From: Camelus ferus
Taxonomy: Eukaryota
Length of the DNA: 64,000 bases
NCBI RefSeq assembly: GCF_009834535.1
Contig: NC_045697.1
Span: forward strand, 16,556,001 to 16,620,000
Direction: 5' to 3'
In this document: positions 52,860-64,000 of the stretch, piece by piece
How positions within the stretch are numbered: position 1 is the first letter of the stretch
How the letters are laid out: each line of letters begins with the position of its first letter
Notes under the pieces: generated by a model
Database searches by the model: none
What the model saw: only the letters and a program-made list of their open reading frames with translations
Told to the model about the DNA's origin: nothing
Made by a program: the position numbers and the translations under genes

Positions 52860-53360
52860 ATTACTGTTCCTCAAAACTTCACTCCTCCGCAAACCATCTA
52901 GCCATCCCATTGGAGGATTGTGCATTTCTGCACCTCTGGTATTGAATCTGGCCATGTTACTTGATTTGGTCTCATGGAGGGTTGAATATATTGCCCACTG
53001 ACCTAAGACCTAGTCTTGTGATTTGTTTCAGTTAGTCAATGGGGAAAGACTGGATATGACATAAACAAAATGTAAAATATGATTACATGAGATTGGAATT
53101 TCAGTTTGCACTTCTGTCTTCACTATTAACAGGAAAATTGCCCAAGTAGCCTGTCAGTTTCAGAAAAATTAAAAATAAATTGAGTATTGCTTGAACTAAA
53201 CTAATGTTCTAATGCCAAGACCAGATGAGCCCAGACTAGATGCGCTAAGCCCTAGCTGTTTCACAGACACCTTAGTAAGTAGAAGATTCAAGTTTTTGTG
53301 TCCTTCAGAGTTTAGACATGATTTGTTACTCAGCATTATTGTGGCAAGAGCTGACTGATA
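52860..53360 (+). mobile_element. MaLR LTR (MLT1G/H-like) inserted in a reverse MIR (~52680-52850 and ~53360-53440)
   Basis: tggccatgttacttgatttgg...ttagacatgatttgttactcagcattattgtggcaagagctgactgata, with MIR halves on both sides. Confidence 0.7.
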
Positions 53361-56300
53361 AAGCTAATAAGCCATGCAGCCAGGATGCAGACCCAGACAA
53401 TTTGATTCATAAGCCTATGTCTTAATTCCTTTGCTATACCATCTTCCCTGCTAGGTCTAGAAGTTTGCACTGAATGAGTACAAAATCAGGACAAAGCATT
53501 GGCCCACCTCCATTTCTAACACCTTCTAGGCATAAGAAAGTCCCTTAACTAGAAATGTGCATGGTGGTGTCTCTGCCTTTTTTTGACAACTGCCTCATTT
53601 TAGGCCACCCGCTTTGGACTCTATGTCTTACTTCTTTCTATGTGTGCTCTGTGTGTGTGTGTGTGTTCCATCCCAGTCTCTACAAGGTTTCAGTGCTAAT
53701 GCATATAGTAGAAGATTCTCAACCTCTCAGACAGCAATCTCTTGCAGATCTATTCTTAACACGTGAGCTCAGCAACACAATCTGTGTTTCTTTTCCTGCT
53801 GCTTTTTCTGTTTCTGCCCTGAATTCTTAGTTCACAAAGCTAGGTAAACAAGAAGTACAGGAAGCGAGAGTATGTTGTGAATAACTTGAGGGGCTTTCTA
53901 AGTATCTTAGATGATTCCTTGCTCTACTAGTAATTGATAGTTTTGTCCTCTTTGGCTTAAGAATATTTTACCAAATAATTCCTAAAAAGGTTTTCCCATT
54001 TACTCATGCATACTTTTTTTTTTTAATTTCATCTGATTTTGTTCTTTCTTGTGTTTCCTGCTGGTTCCTTAGAGATTATTGCATGGTCAAAATGTTGCCT
54101 TTTCCTACCTGACCTTGGGTATAACTCTTTCATGCCAGTCAGCCACTGTCTAAAGATTCGTATTAGCACATTTGCTTCATGTCTCCTTATATTCCATTGA
54201 CTTTGTGTAACCAAGGATGGGATGATTAGCTGAAGGCATCCAACCTTGCCTGATTGCCACCTGGAGTGGGAGAAGTAAGGCAGAGTAGATGATTTTTGAG
54301 CATCAGTGCTGATAATCACTGTCCATCCACTTAATAACTTGTCTTGGTTGCATGCATAGGAGAAGAGAGCCATAACTTATTTGTCTGCTATAAGAAAGAG
54401 CTTAGAAGCACAATATTAGCTATCCCTAAAGAAGAGACGGAGGTTCCATTTCCTGAGAATAGCACTTGAACGTGGTAAGAACTGATCCCTTCATGCTCCT
54501 ATCTTTCAGGTAATGCATACAATTTATTGCTGCAGTGGTGAGCTGAGCCAGATGAGAGACACAAGCTGATCCTGGTCCTTTTAGCCTTAGAGAAACAAGC
54601 CAGAACTGAGTCCTTCCTGCTCTTGCTACTCAAAGAAAGTCCTTGCCAGAGAATTTCCTGTTCTGTGTCTTACTCTGTAGATGCTAAGGGTTGTAAGAAT
54701 TAGGAAAAAACAACAACAACAACAACATACATATAGCCACCAGATAGTGGATCAGCAATATCAGGCCAGGCTGATCCTAAGCAAAAGAGAGAACTGGTCA
54801 ACAAAATCCTGATCTTACTGAATATTAGAGGATGGATGCCTTGGGACCATGAATTGAAGATAAAAACTACTCAGTGGCCGGACACTGAGTCCTACTATGG
54901 GGACAATCTCTTTCAGACAGTGATTTGTAGAAACAAATGTCCTTTGTAGAGCACACACAAGGTTCTAAGTTTCTTGCATTACTACAACTCTCTTAAAGAC
55001 TAGGCATGGTCTCTAGAAACAGAAGAAAGGAAGAGGTGCTATTATTTTTTAAAAACATCAGGTTCAGACATGCATAAAATGTTTGTAAACAATATCTTGT
55101 TTAATGGAGAAAAATAGATTGAAAGAATCCCTTATTCTTTCTACCCACAAATACCTTGGGACATCAGATATAAGATTCTACTAACTTCATATAACAGCAA
55201 AATCAAATGATTATATGAAGACCACTGAACTCGTCTGGTTGCTATTTGCAGTGTGGGAAGTGATCATTTGATGAGTAATTCTCAGAACTTAAGGATCTCA
55301 GTAGTTCCAGGTTTTATTTCTTCATCTAATCATGAGTCATACCATACCCTCCATCGTGTTGAGCAACATGAAAAGGAAGTATTGAGAAAGAAATTGAAAC
55401 AAGGTGAAAATTCTGGGTTAGGCTAGGACCAGGACGTGAGTCTGCATACACTGTGGGTCTGCATTCCAAGGAAGGGACCATGTCCCACTTCTGATTCCCT
55501 ATTTTTATAAGCAAGTTTGAGAAAGCAATCCTATCTATGGAAAATGCACAGGCTTCTTGGCACTAGAAGGTCTGGATGTAGGTCTCAACTATTTATAAGC
55601 ATCTTCTGCCCTTGGAGTCTCTAGCACCATAAGAATTTGCAGTCCCCCTACTGGAAGGAAGGACGATGTAGCCATGAAATGTGAACTTGGGTGAAGTCAC
55701 GCTCACCTGGAGAAAATCTTGGGGGAGGGGAAGCTAGGGTCACCAGCTCAGTGTCCAAGCATCCCACAGTGAGCACCGAGGGTCACTTTCCAACAGTTCA
55801 GCTCCTCTTGTGTCACCATGTCACTGGCCTGGGGTCCCCCAGTGTGTTGTAGAAAAAAGTTACTAAACAAAGAGAACCCTGCATGGCTGAGGCAACCTCA
55901 TTAATATAGATCATTAATTACAATAAAACCTGACTCCGAGTTGTCTTCTTTTAAAAAATAAATTGAATGAGATGTAATTTATACTGATTTCGTTTTGTTT
56001 TGTTTCGTGGCTGCTTTTAAAAAATGATTCGAAGGCTGCATTCCGTAAGGGCATTTCATTAACTGGTTGAATTTAAGTGGCTTAACTGATGTAGTTAAAG
56101 CATTAAGTTTGCTGATAAAAAATAAAATGACTCAGGGCAAACACACTGTCATATTGTTATTATAGAACACAGACTGCAAAACGTTGGCACCGGAGATGCT
56201 GCAGAGCACACAGTTAGACACGGTCCGTGTCCCAGGGGCATGCAATCCCAGCAAGGTTGTTATATGGTATTCATTGCAATTTGATGAACTTCATTTATCT

Positions 56301-57160
56301 AGACAGCCACTTATTTAGGATGAATTGGAACCTACTGAATCATCTTAATTCAGAGGCTCCTACAGCACCATGGGTCTGCAGCAGCTATTAAACTGGGGAG
56401 GATTTGGCGGCCATGACACAATGAATGTATTAGTCTCACAAATTTGTCTGGGTCTGATGAATCATCAGCTTTATGGACAGGTGTTGGGCGATACCCACTA
56501 TCGCCTTTCTTCTCCCTTAGGTTTTTAAGTATGATATCAGTGCTGCAGTCACCGTTACTCATCTTCCCCAATAAAGAAGTTATCTGTCACAGATATGCTA
56601 TTTCCCCAATAGCACAATCATTCAATTCTTGGGGAAAAAAAATCACACAGTCTGAAACCCTGATACAAGACGAGGGTTCCCTTAGGCACTGAGTTCTCTG
56701 AAGCCATGAGTTAATGAGGAGAGAAGAGTTCTCTCTGTAGCAGACACAGCCACTTTATGGCATCCCATTACTAACTGAGAGTAGGAACTCCCATAAACTA
56801 TACTTAGAGGATTTATTTGGATTATTTACAAGGCCAAGGGAGGAAACATGCAAATAGAGACTTGCGTTTAGAGTGAAGCCAATTGCTGAACAATTGTACA
56901 TTCTATTTATAGACTAGAGGGCTTTTTCCAAGAGAGGTGCTATGTAAAATCTGGAAAAAAAATAATCCTAGGGTTGTCACTCTCAAAATTCTTGACTGCT
57001 TTCTAAATTCAGTCCTAAAGACTTTTACATCCTATGGACCAAGTCTATGTCGTTTTTTGATGATAAGGCTTAAAGCCTGGAAACTAAAAAGTGAATAGTA
57101 GAATCTTATTCCAAAAAGCCACTTTTAATCTTTTCAGGCTCAAAAAAACACCAAGGGCAT

Positions 57161-57540
57161 TGTATCAGCCAGGGTTCTGCAAAGAAACAAATGGAATATA
57201 TATATAAAATATATATGATTTATTATATATAATATGATTTATTCATATATGTGACTTATTTTAAGGAATTGGCTCACAATGGTGGGGACAGCAAATCTGA
57301 ACTCTGAATCTGTAGGGCAAGCTGGCAAGCTGGAAACTCAGGCAGGATTTCTTAATGTCACCATCTTAAAGTAGAATTCCTTCTTGTCCAGGAAATTTGT
57401 TTTTTTCTCTATGGCCTTCAACATGATTGCATGCGACCCACCCACATTATTAGTCCCTCTGATTGCAGATGTTCATCATATCTGCAAAATACTACCAGAG
57501 CAACATCTGCATGAGTGATATATAAAATTTAACCATCACA
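57161..57540 (-). mobile_element. MLT2 (ERV-L) solo LTR
   Basis: tgtatcagccagggttctgcaaagaaacaa...ttttaaggaattggctcaca...ggcaagctggaaactcaggcagga...cccacccacattat...aaaatttaaccatcaca. Confidence 0.9.
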
Positions 57541-57775
57541 CATATCAACTCTATTTGTCAATATCTATGTTGTTAATTTCATCAAACAATATTTCTTAAA
57601 CTGGTACATACAAAACCAGTAAGATCTGTGTTCAATTAAAAAAAAAAGATCAGCTAACTTTTTTCCATATTATAGCTTCAGTGAAAAGTTATTCGGATTC
57701 AGAATACATCATACTCTTTTGTGCTGGTATCAATTATTCTGCTAAAAAGAACATTTCTTTTGTTTTTATAAACTT

Positions 57776-58100
57776 GATGTTGGCAAATGAGGACCCACAG
57801 CTAACTCTGACCCACTGCTTGTTTTCATGTGGCCCATGAGCTAAGAATGCTTTACCTTTAAATGGTTACATTATAAATAGTTGTGTAAAGAATTATACAC
57901 TCAAAAGTGGTTAAAATGGTAAACTTCATGTTATCTGTAATTACAACATATACACCCACACATACACCCACACATAAACACACACACACACACACACACG
58001 TATGTAAGAACCTACATAATACCCTGGATTTTGCCTCTTGGACATCAAACTCTAAAATATGTACCCTCTGACCCTTTAAAAAAAAGTTTGCCAGCCCTTG
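57776..58100. mobile_element. MER58-family hAT-Charlie element with a small L1-tail/(CA)n insert
   Basis: gttggcaaatgaggaccc...ggcccatgagctaagaatg...ctctgaccctttaaaaaaaagtttgccagcccttg. The insert at ~57890-58000 contains aaagtggttaaaatggtaaacttcatgtta. Confidence 0.75.
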
Positions 58101-58339
58101 TTATAAACCAAATAGTTTCTCATTGAGGGAAGTTCTAAGTACCCCACCAAGTTACATGATGCATTATTGTAAAAATTTCCTTAGGTCTAATCATAATAAC
58201 ATAATTCCTCAAGAAGCATCAGAAATAATAGATTTTTGTTTGTTCTTTTACTTAAAATCCTATATTAAAAAAAATCAGGAACTCTGTTAATTAATGGATG
58301 AAACCTCATTTAAAGCTAATAAAAGCAATCAGGCAGCAG

Positions 58340-58820
58340 ATTCCCAAGGTCCACCATGGTCTGGCCCTTTCCCATCCTCTCCAGCCTCACTTCCTATGGG
58401 ATCCCATCCCTCATTCCACTCCAGCTACATGGACTTTGTCTTTGCTCCTTGAATACTTCCACCTTGTTCTCACCTCAGGCCTTTGCACTTGCTGTTCCCT
58501 CTGCCTGCAGTCCAGTCCCCGCAGGGCTTCACATGACTGTCCTCTTCTCATCAGGCTGGTGTCAACTCAACTGTGACCTCTTAAGGCAGGCTGTCCCTGA
58601 CCACCCTCCTGACTCACACTCCCCATCCATCTCTCCATCTCACTATTCTAACTTAATTTTATATAGCGCTGTCTTGAATTATTTGTAAATGTGTTTCTCA
58701 TCTTTCATCAGTAGAATGCTAGCTCTAAGACGGCAGGGATCTCATCTGTCTTGTTCATGGTTGTACGTAAGTATCTAGAACATTCCATGACTGTAGAAAG
58801 TGTTCAATTGATATTTACAT
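58340..58820 (+). mobile_element. L2 3' region
   Basis: cctcaggcctttgcacttgctgttccctctgcctgc...tagaatgctagctctaagacggcagggatctcatctgtcttgttca. Confidence 0.9.
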
Positions 58821-59794
58821 AATAGGCAAGAGGGAAAACACAACACTGGCCAGACTGAGTCAGAAGGTAATTTTCCCTAGTGATTAGTCTCCCAAATAAG
58901 TCATCATTGGGTTAAGAATGGCCTGGAAACTATTTAATCTATTAGTTCATTTAACTAAAGGCATTGAGGACCCAGGTCAGGCAAAGTACTAGGTGCAGGT
59001 GGATCCAACAGTAAAGAAGAAAGACAAGGTCCCTGCATTCAGGGAAGTCACAAAATGATACATCAGGAAGAATAGAGAAGTTTGAGCTAATCCCATACTC
59101 CAGTTGCATTATAAAAGATATTTTGCATATGTCACTGCAAATGTTTCTTACCTCAAACAATTTCCAAACTACTTTGAATCAACATTTCCTAGCTTTAATA
59201 TATCTTAGGATTCACAGTGGTTTCTTGAATCTTTAGGTCTTTGATGCCCTATCAATGTTAGCTATAAGGAATTATTATAAAGATTTAAGCTAAAAATTAA
59301 AAAGACAGAGAAATTATTTTGTGTGCTGCAAAACACAATATAGAGAGGAATTCATTTACAACACTCAAAAATATTGATCCTCTGACTTCACAACCACTGG
59401 ATTGATGTCAGAGATGGAAATTTTTCACATAAAGATACCCATGATGCTTTTTCAGTTGCATGGATTTCTGACATTCAGACATAGCAGCTCATTTTTTAGC
59501 CAGAAAGGAGATATTTAACATGCCTGCCTTTACTTCCTCTTTTTTATGCTTTTTTTTTAATAAGACTTACTTTATAGTTTAAACATGGACAAGCCCAGTT
59601 TTGATTTTTAAAATTTCAGACGATATCTCAGGCACAGGGTCAATATTAAAACCTGGCAAAGACTCCAGTAACATCTCAGACCACGAATGAAAAGGAGGAG
59701 TAGGGACACTGGGTCCACATGTCGTGTTTCACATGTTGGTTTGCTTCATGGAGAATTTTGTTTTTTTAACTCGGTCAGCACAAGTTTATTAAAT

Positions 59795-59797
<3 letters not shown>

Positions 59798-59825
<28 letters not shown>
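59798..59825 (+). repeat. Poly(A) tract, A28
   Basis: Directly visible. Confidence 0.95.
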
Positions 59826-59828
<3 letters not shown>

Positions 59829-60849
59829 AGCAGTGCTACCTGATAAATCTTTCTTTATGCACCTGCCAATATCTGTGTGGGTGTCTCATGACCTTGCTTC
59901 TTGGAACATATCCTTCTAAACGCACACGCTCACACACACAGGCTGAAGAGGGATTTAAGGCTCCTCTTTTATTTACTTCTTAGTAAATTCAGTAAGAAAA
60001 TTTGCTTTCCAATTACCCTTTAACATAAAATTGAGAAAATTTTTATATATAAATATTCCAAATATAGGAATAGTCTATATATAGAAATAATATATTGTCA
60101 TATACATAAACAAATATACATATATAAATATATATATATATATTTTTTCCCTACCCTCAAGTGTGAGAGTGACAGACAGGTATATATCACCGCCACAGAG
60201 TTAAAAACCAGAAGACCTGCCTGGGCTGTATCACAAATAATCTTTGACCTTGAATAAGAGGCTTTACTTCTTTGATTGTCAATTTCCTCATCTGTAAAAT
60301 CAAAGTATCTTTTTACATCATCTCTAATCTGTTCGTTTCTAATTCTAGTTTCTATATAAAATTTAGTTTATATAAATAAATAGAGCCTTGTCTCACTGCA
60401 GTAGGCATAGTCAATTTTAAGTAAGGATAAACCAGAATTGTTTGCAATTTCAGGACTGACACAGAATACATATGTCAAAACATATAAAATTACACATTTT
60501 AAATGTACGTAGCTTAATGTATGTTAACTATACCTAGGGAAAGCTCCGATTTAAAAAAAAAGAATGACTGTAGCTCATTATGAAAGAAGAATTTAACAGC
60601 ATTTTGGAGGGAAAGAAAACCAAAAATGACATATTTTTATATGGATATTATATTAAACCGCTGCTCAGACAAGTAAAAAAATAAATGCGCCCTTTAACAG
60701 CCACTCTTCTCACACAGCACTAAGTAGCCTTGTCTACACAAATAAATTCTTTGAGACAAAGGCACCAAAAGTTGAATTTACTTGGCCTGTTTGATTTTTT
60801 TTTAACAACCTTTTGAATTCAGCAGGCAAACAGTTATGCATCATTTTCA

Positions 60850-60985
60850 AAATAACCGGTTGTTTATTCCCCAGTTCCCACCCCCAGCCTGGGCGGGAGC
60901 TGGGGCGCAGAGAGTCTGCTCCCAGCTGGTGAGTGGAAGGCAGGTCAGGTCAGTTTACCTGCCAAGAAAGGTCTGGAATGAGCTC
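60850..60985 (+). promoter_or_regulatory. Candidate enhancer or alternative promoter (GRHL, FOX, KLF/SP, nuclear-receptor half-sites, TEAD motifs)
   Basis: AACCGGTT (60854-60861), TGTTTAT, CCCACCCCC, GGGCGGG (60891-60897), AGGTCAGGTCA and GGAATG, in a locally GC-rich unique segment. Confidence 0.4.
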
Positions 60986-62309
60986 ACTCCTCACTCAGCT
61001 AAATCGCCACAAAGCAAAAACAACTCGTGAAAGAGAAAACAATTCAATCAAACTGAAACAAAACATACAGTTCTCTGAATTCAACTATATTTTGATAGAC
61101 TAACTTCAAGGAAACCAATTAACAGAGGGTCAGGCAGCTTTAGGAATAATCAGGAGAAAAGAAAACCATGGGATGGAGAGAAAACACAGGGAGAAGAAGA
61201 GACAAACACAAAAGAGACACGGGAAATTGTAGTTCGCAGTTTCAGGATCAACATTTCATGTTTTCTTATGCTTAATTTTAAAAATCCCTTCTAGAATTCC
61301 TAGGCAGAAAACCGTGCCAACATGCCGACTCTGTGAACACAGAAGAGAAAGTGGAGAAATGAAGCAATGACAGAGACACTGTAAAACAGTCTTTACTGAA
61401 CGTCAAGGAGATTAAAGCCAATTTTTTTTCTCTTTACCTTGTATTATTCAGAAAATCATCTCCACGCTTCACTTCTCATCATGTTGTAAACAGAGCTAAA
61501 GCCAAGTGGAAAATTGGTCCCCATTCTTTGTAATATTTTTCCCTGCCTGCGAAACTCAGGACCCCCCAAAAATCTAAATTAAACACGTATTTGCAAATAT
61601 GTAGACCTTGTGTTAGAGAACTTCATGAAATAGAAGATGAAATAACAGAGCAGGTGTCTACCAAAAGCACAAAAATGTTTTGTGGCTTTTTCCTGTATCT
61701 GGCCTAAATGGCCAGGGATGTTTTCAATAAGGTTCTGTTTTCATGATCACTTAGACACCGTCCCCCTCCTCAGCACTGAAATGACATTCTAAACGGCATG
61801 TCTGTGTGTTATAACCAGGTGCCAGTTTCTTCCTGTTTTTGCCTTCCACATCAACAGCAGGAAAGGCAAAAGATTGGCTTGGACATTGCCAAAGCAAGGG
61901 AGAAATGCCTTTAGTTATTATTACCAAAGTAAATGAAGAAACTGCAGACCAGATGGGTGTATATTATCTATCCAACTAAAAAAGTGTCTTGTTAACAGAG
62001 ATAAATGGTCTGAAATGGCAGAACATTTTCTTGCAATCTTAAAAAATAATAGCAGCAATATTTCAGAGGATAATTCTGCAATTTTTTCAAGGTTTCCGCT
62101 CAAAACCACATTTGATATTGATAGATACATTCTTAAACTGCTCATTGACACATCCATAAATATGTGAAGTTGAAAGGAAATTAAAAAAAAAATCCCAACT
62201 GTAATACTCTCTCTTGGAAGCTTGAAGACAGGACAGCACCCAGTAGAGCTGAAGATGTTTCATTCATTCCTGAATCAAGTTTAGCAACACAAAATAGAAG
62301 TAGAGTGAT

Positions 62310-62530
62310 GCAGAGAATATGCAGGTTAGAAGAATCAGACAGATCTGGGCCACTCTTATTACTATCTCCGTGACCTTGAGTGGGTCAAATAATGTTATGG
62401 AATCTCAGTTTTCGTATCTCTAGCATATAGATAAAATCTAGGATTTTAGGATTGCCATGAGAATTTTAAAAATGCCTTGTATATATCCTGTCTGGTGGAT
62501 GCAAGGTGCCATCTAAATGTTAACTTCTCG
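62310..62530 (+). mobile_element. MIR SINE
   Basis: gaatcagacagatctggg...tgaccttgagtgggtca...aatctcagttttcgtatct. Confidence 0.7.
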
Positions 62531-63387
62531 ACAAGCAAGATTGGTACAACACATTGGTTATTTTCATCTCCTAGAAAAGAGCTCCCGGTTTTATACGACT
62601 GGAATGTTTTGTTTTCTTTCCATGTTATGGGTCCATCGCTCCACTTTGGATAGAGAACAAAACAAGATCTTGGCAAAAATGTAAATATTATCCCCTTTTA
62701 TAGTCCTTGGCCTGGTTACATTCATGTCACAGTTAAGTCTAAAATCCACTATGAATATGAAAACATTGCTTCATTTGCATTCAGCCATATCTGTAGGCAA
62801 AAAAAAAAAAAGGTTATTTACTAGAAGAAAAATACAATTAAGTTCTGAGGTGTTTTATTTTATTTGGAAAGCCTCCTTTCTCCAGGAACATAACAATGAC
62901 TTACTGATTTATAAAGTGCTATACTTTAGAGGCAGCCAAAATACTTCCCTTATAACTATGATACCTTGTATTTCTAATCTTGGTAATACTCAGCTAGAAT
63001 CTTACCCACTGCTTTTAAAGAGGCACTGGGACTTTTTTGTTTGTGTCATTTCAATTGCCCTTGTAGTCACCCAGGAGCCTCGGGTGGGTTTTAATATTTC
63101 CATTTTTAGCATTGAGTTAGTCGGTTTGTTTAATTACTAAGGGTACTGAAGACCACAGGTGACTTATTAGCTTGTCAAGCCCGGATGAAACTACAACTCT
63201 GCATGTGCCACCCCAGGAATGAAAAAAAGAAGATGAAGATGTCTTTCCTGGGACTTGCAGCCCAGCTTTGTAAAGCCTGTTGTGGTTGGCACAACCAGAG
63301 GAGTTCCATCTTTCTTGGAGATTCAAGTCCGAGCACTTGATGATGATCACGTCAAGACAAATGACCCTTGGGGGATAAAGAAGGCAG

Positions 63388-63406
63388 CACGTGTGAGACT
63401 CACGTG
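63388..63406. promoter_or_regulatory. Tandem canonical E-boxes, CACGTG-N7-CACGTG
   Basis: gCACGTGtgagactCACGTGc, directly visible in unique sequence. Confidence 0.5.
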
Positions 63407-64000
63407 CCATCTTCATGATAGTGAGTCCAGAGCCAGCGACTCATGCTCCAGCCTCCCTCTGCTCTTCAGCAGAGCACCAGAGGAAGTATTCTGCTTGGAT
63501 TAAGAAGACATAGCGTATAAAAATATATATACCTCAGCCCCGCATGGAAGCTGAGATGGATGGTGGCAACTTCAGAGTCATTGCTCTGAATTCATGATAG
63601 AAGAGAGAACTGTGTGGCTTCCAGTGGACCTGAGGCTGTACTGATGTGATTAGATATGGATTTTAAGTGACTCCATCACATCACCTTTCTTTCCAGAAAG
63701 CTCGTGTTCTGGAACCGGCTCCTTCCCTACTCCATCCATGTGCTCCTGACTGGAGCTGCCATGTTTATGTTAGCCTCTCCCTCTTCCCCAGTCTGGACCA
63801 ATCCCTGCACTTCTTGAGATATTTGAAAATTCAGGACAACAGAAGGTGATACAGTCTCCCTCTTGTGGTCAAAGCTAAAAATGTGAATCTTGTTTTTCCA
63901 TATGCCTCTTCAGAAACAGGACATACAATGAAAATAATAATAAAGTTGAAATACAGACAGTAGAGCAGTGAGACTTGGAGGGAGGGTCTAATCATTCACA

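Noticed and set aside
57161..57540. MLT2 LTR as the 5' LTR of the ERV-L relic at 33.9-36.0 kb
   Set aside because: Same orientation, but it is 21 kb away, separated by unrelated older elements, and appears less decayed than the internal relic.
59788..59825. ATTAAA plus poly(A) as a processed-pseudogene 3' end
   Set aside because: The signal is only ~4 nt from the A-tract, and there is no TSD or recognisable mRNA sequence upstream.
1354..63849. The short ORFs of the six-frame track as genes
   Set aside because: All are 60-151 aa with no recognisable host protein family. Many overlap repeats or low-complexity tracts, and their number is what chance would give in 64 kb.
1..64000. Prokaryotic-type systems (CRISPR arrays, operons, defence islands)
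   Set aside because: The sequence is mammalian repeat-rich DNA with no regularly spaced repeats and no long ORFs.

Overview
Mammalian, AT-rich, CpG-depleted, non-coding genomic DNA, either intronic or intergenic. I found no host protein-coding exon, RNA gene or CpG island. The window is a dense, partly nested mosaic of eutherian interspersed repeats: L2, MIR, L1 3' fragments, MaLR/ERVL solo LTRs, and hAT and Tigger DNA transposons. The youngest L1 3' ends look cetartiodactyl-type. With no visible Bov-A/Bov-tA/BovB, PRE-1 or CHR SINEs, a camelid origin is suggested (inference). Reading through frameshifts by eye shows four decayed coding relics that the ORF track misses or mislabels: an internally deleted ERV-L gag-pro-pol (~33.9-36.0 kb, minus), a CR1/L3 ORF2 fragment (~30.4-30.7 kb, minus), a probable RTE-clade LINE fragment (~38.5-39.0 kb, plus) that contains a 147-nt exon-like segment, and a hAT-Charlie transposase C-terminus (~21.3-21.7 kb). 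Several unique segments look regulatory: a CTCF-like motif, a GRHL/FOX/KLF/SP cluster, a tandem CACGTG pair and a CpG micro-cluster. I cannot support a novel multi-gene system here. Repeat subfamily names come from recalled consensus similarity, and boundaries are approximate.
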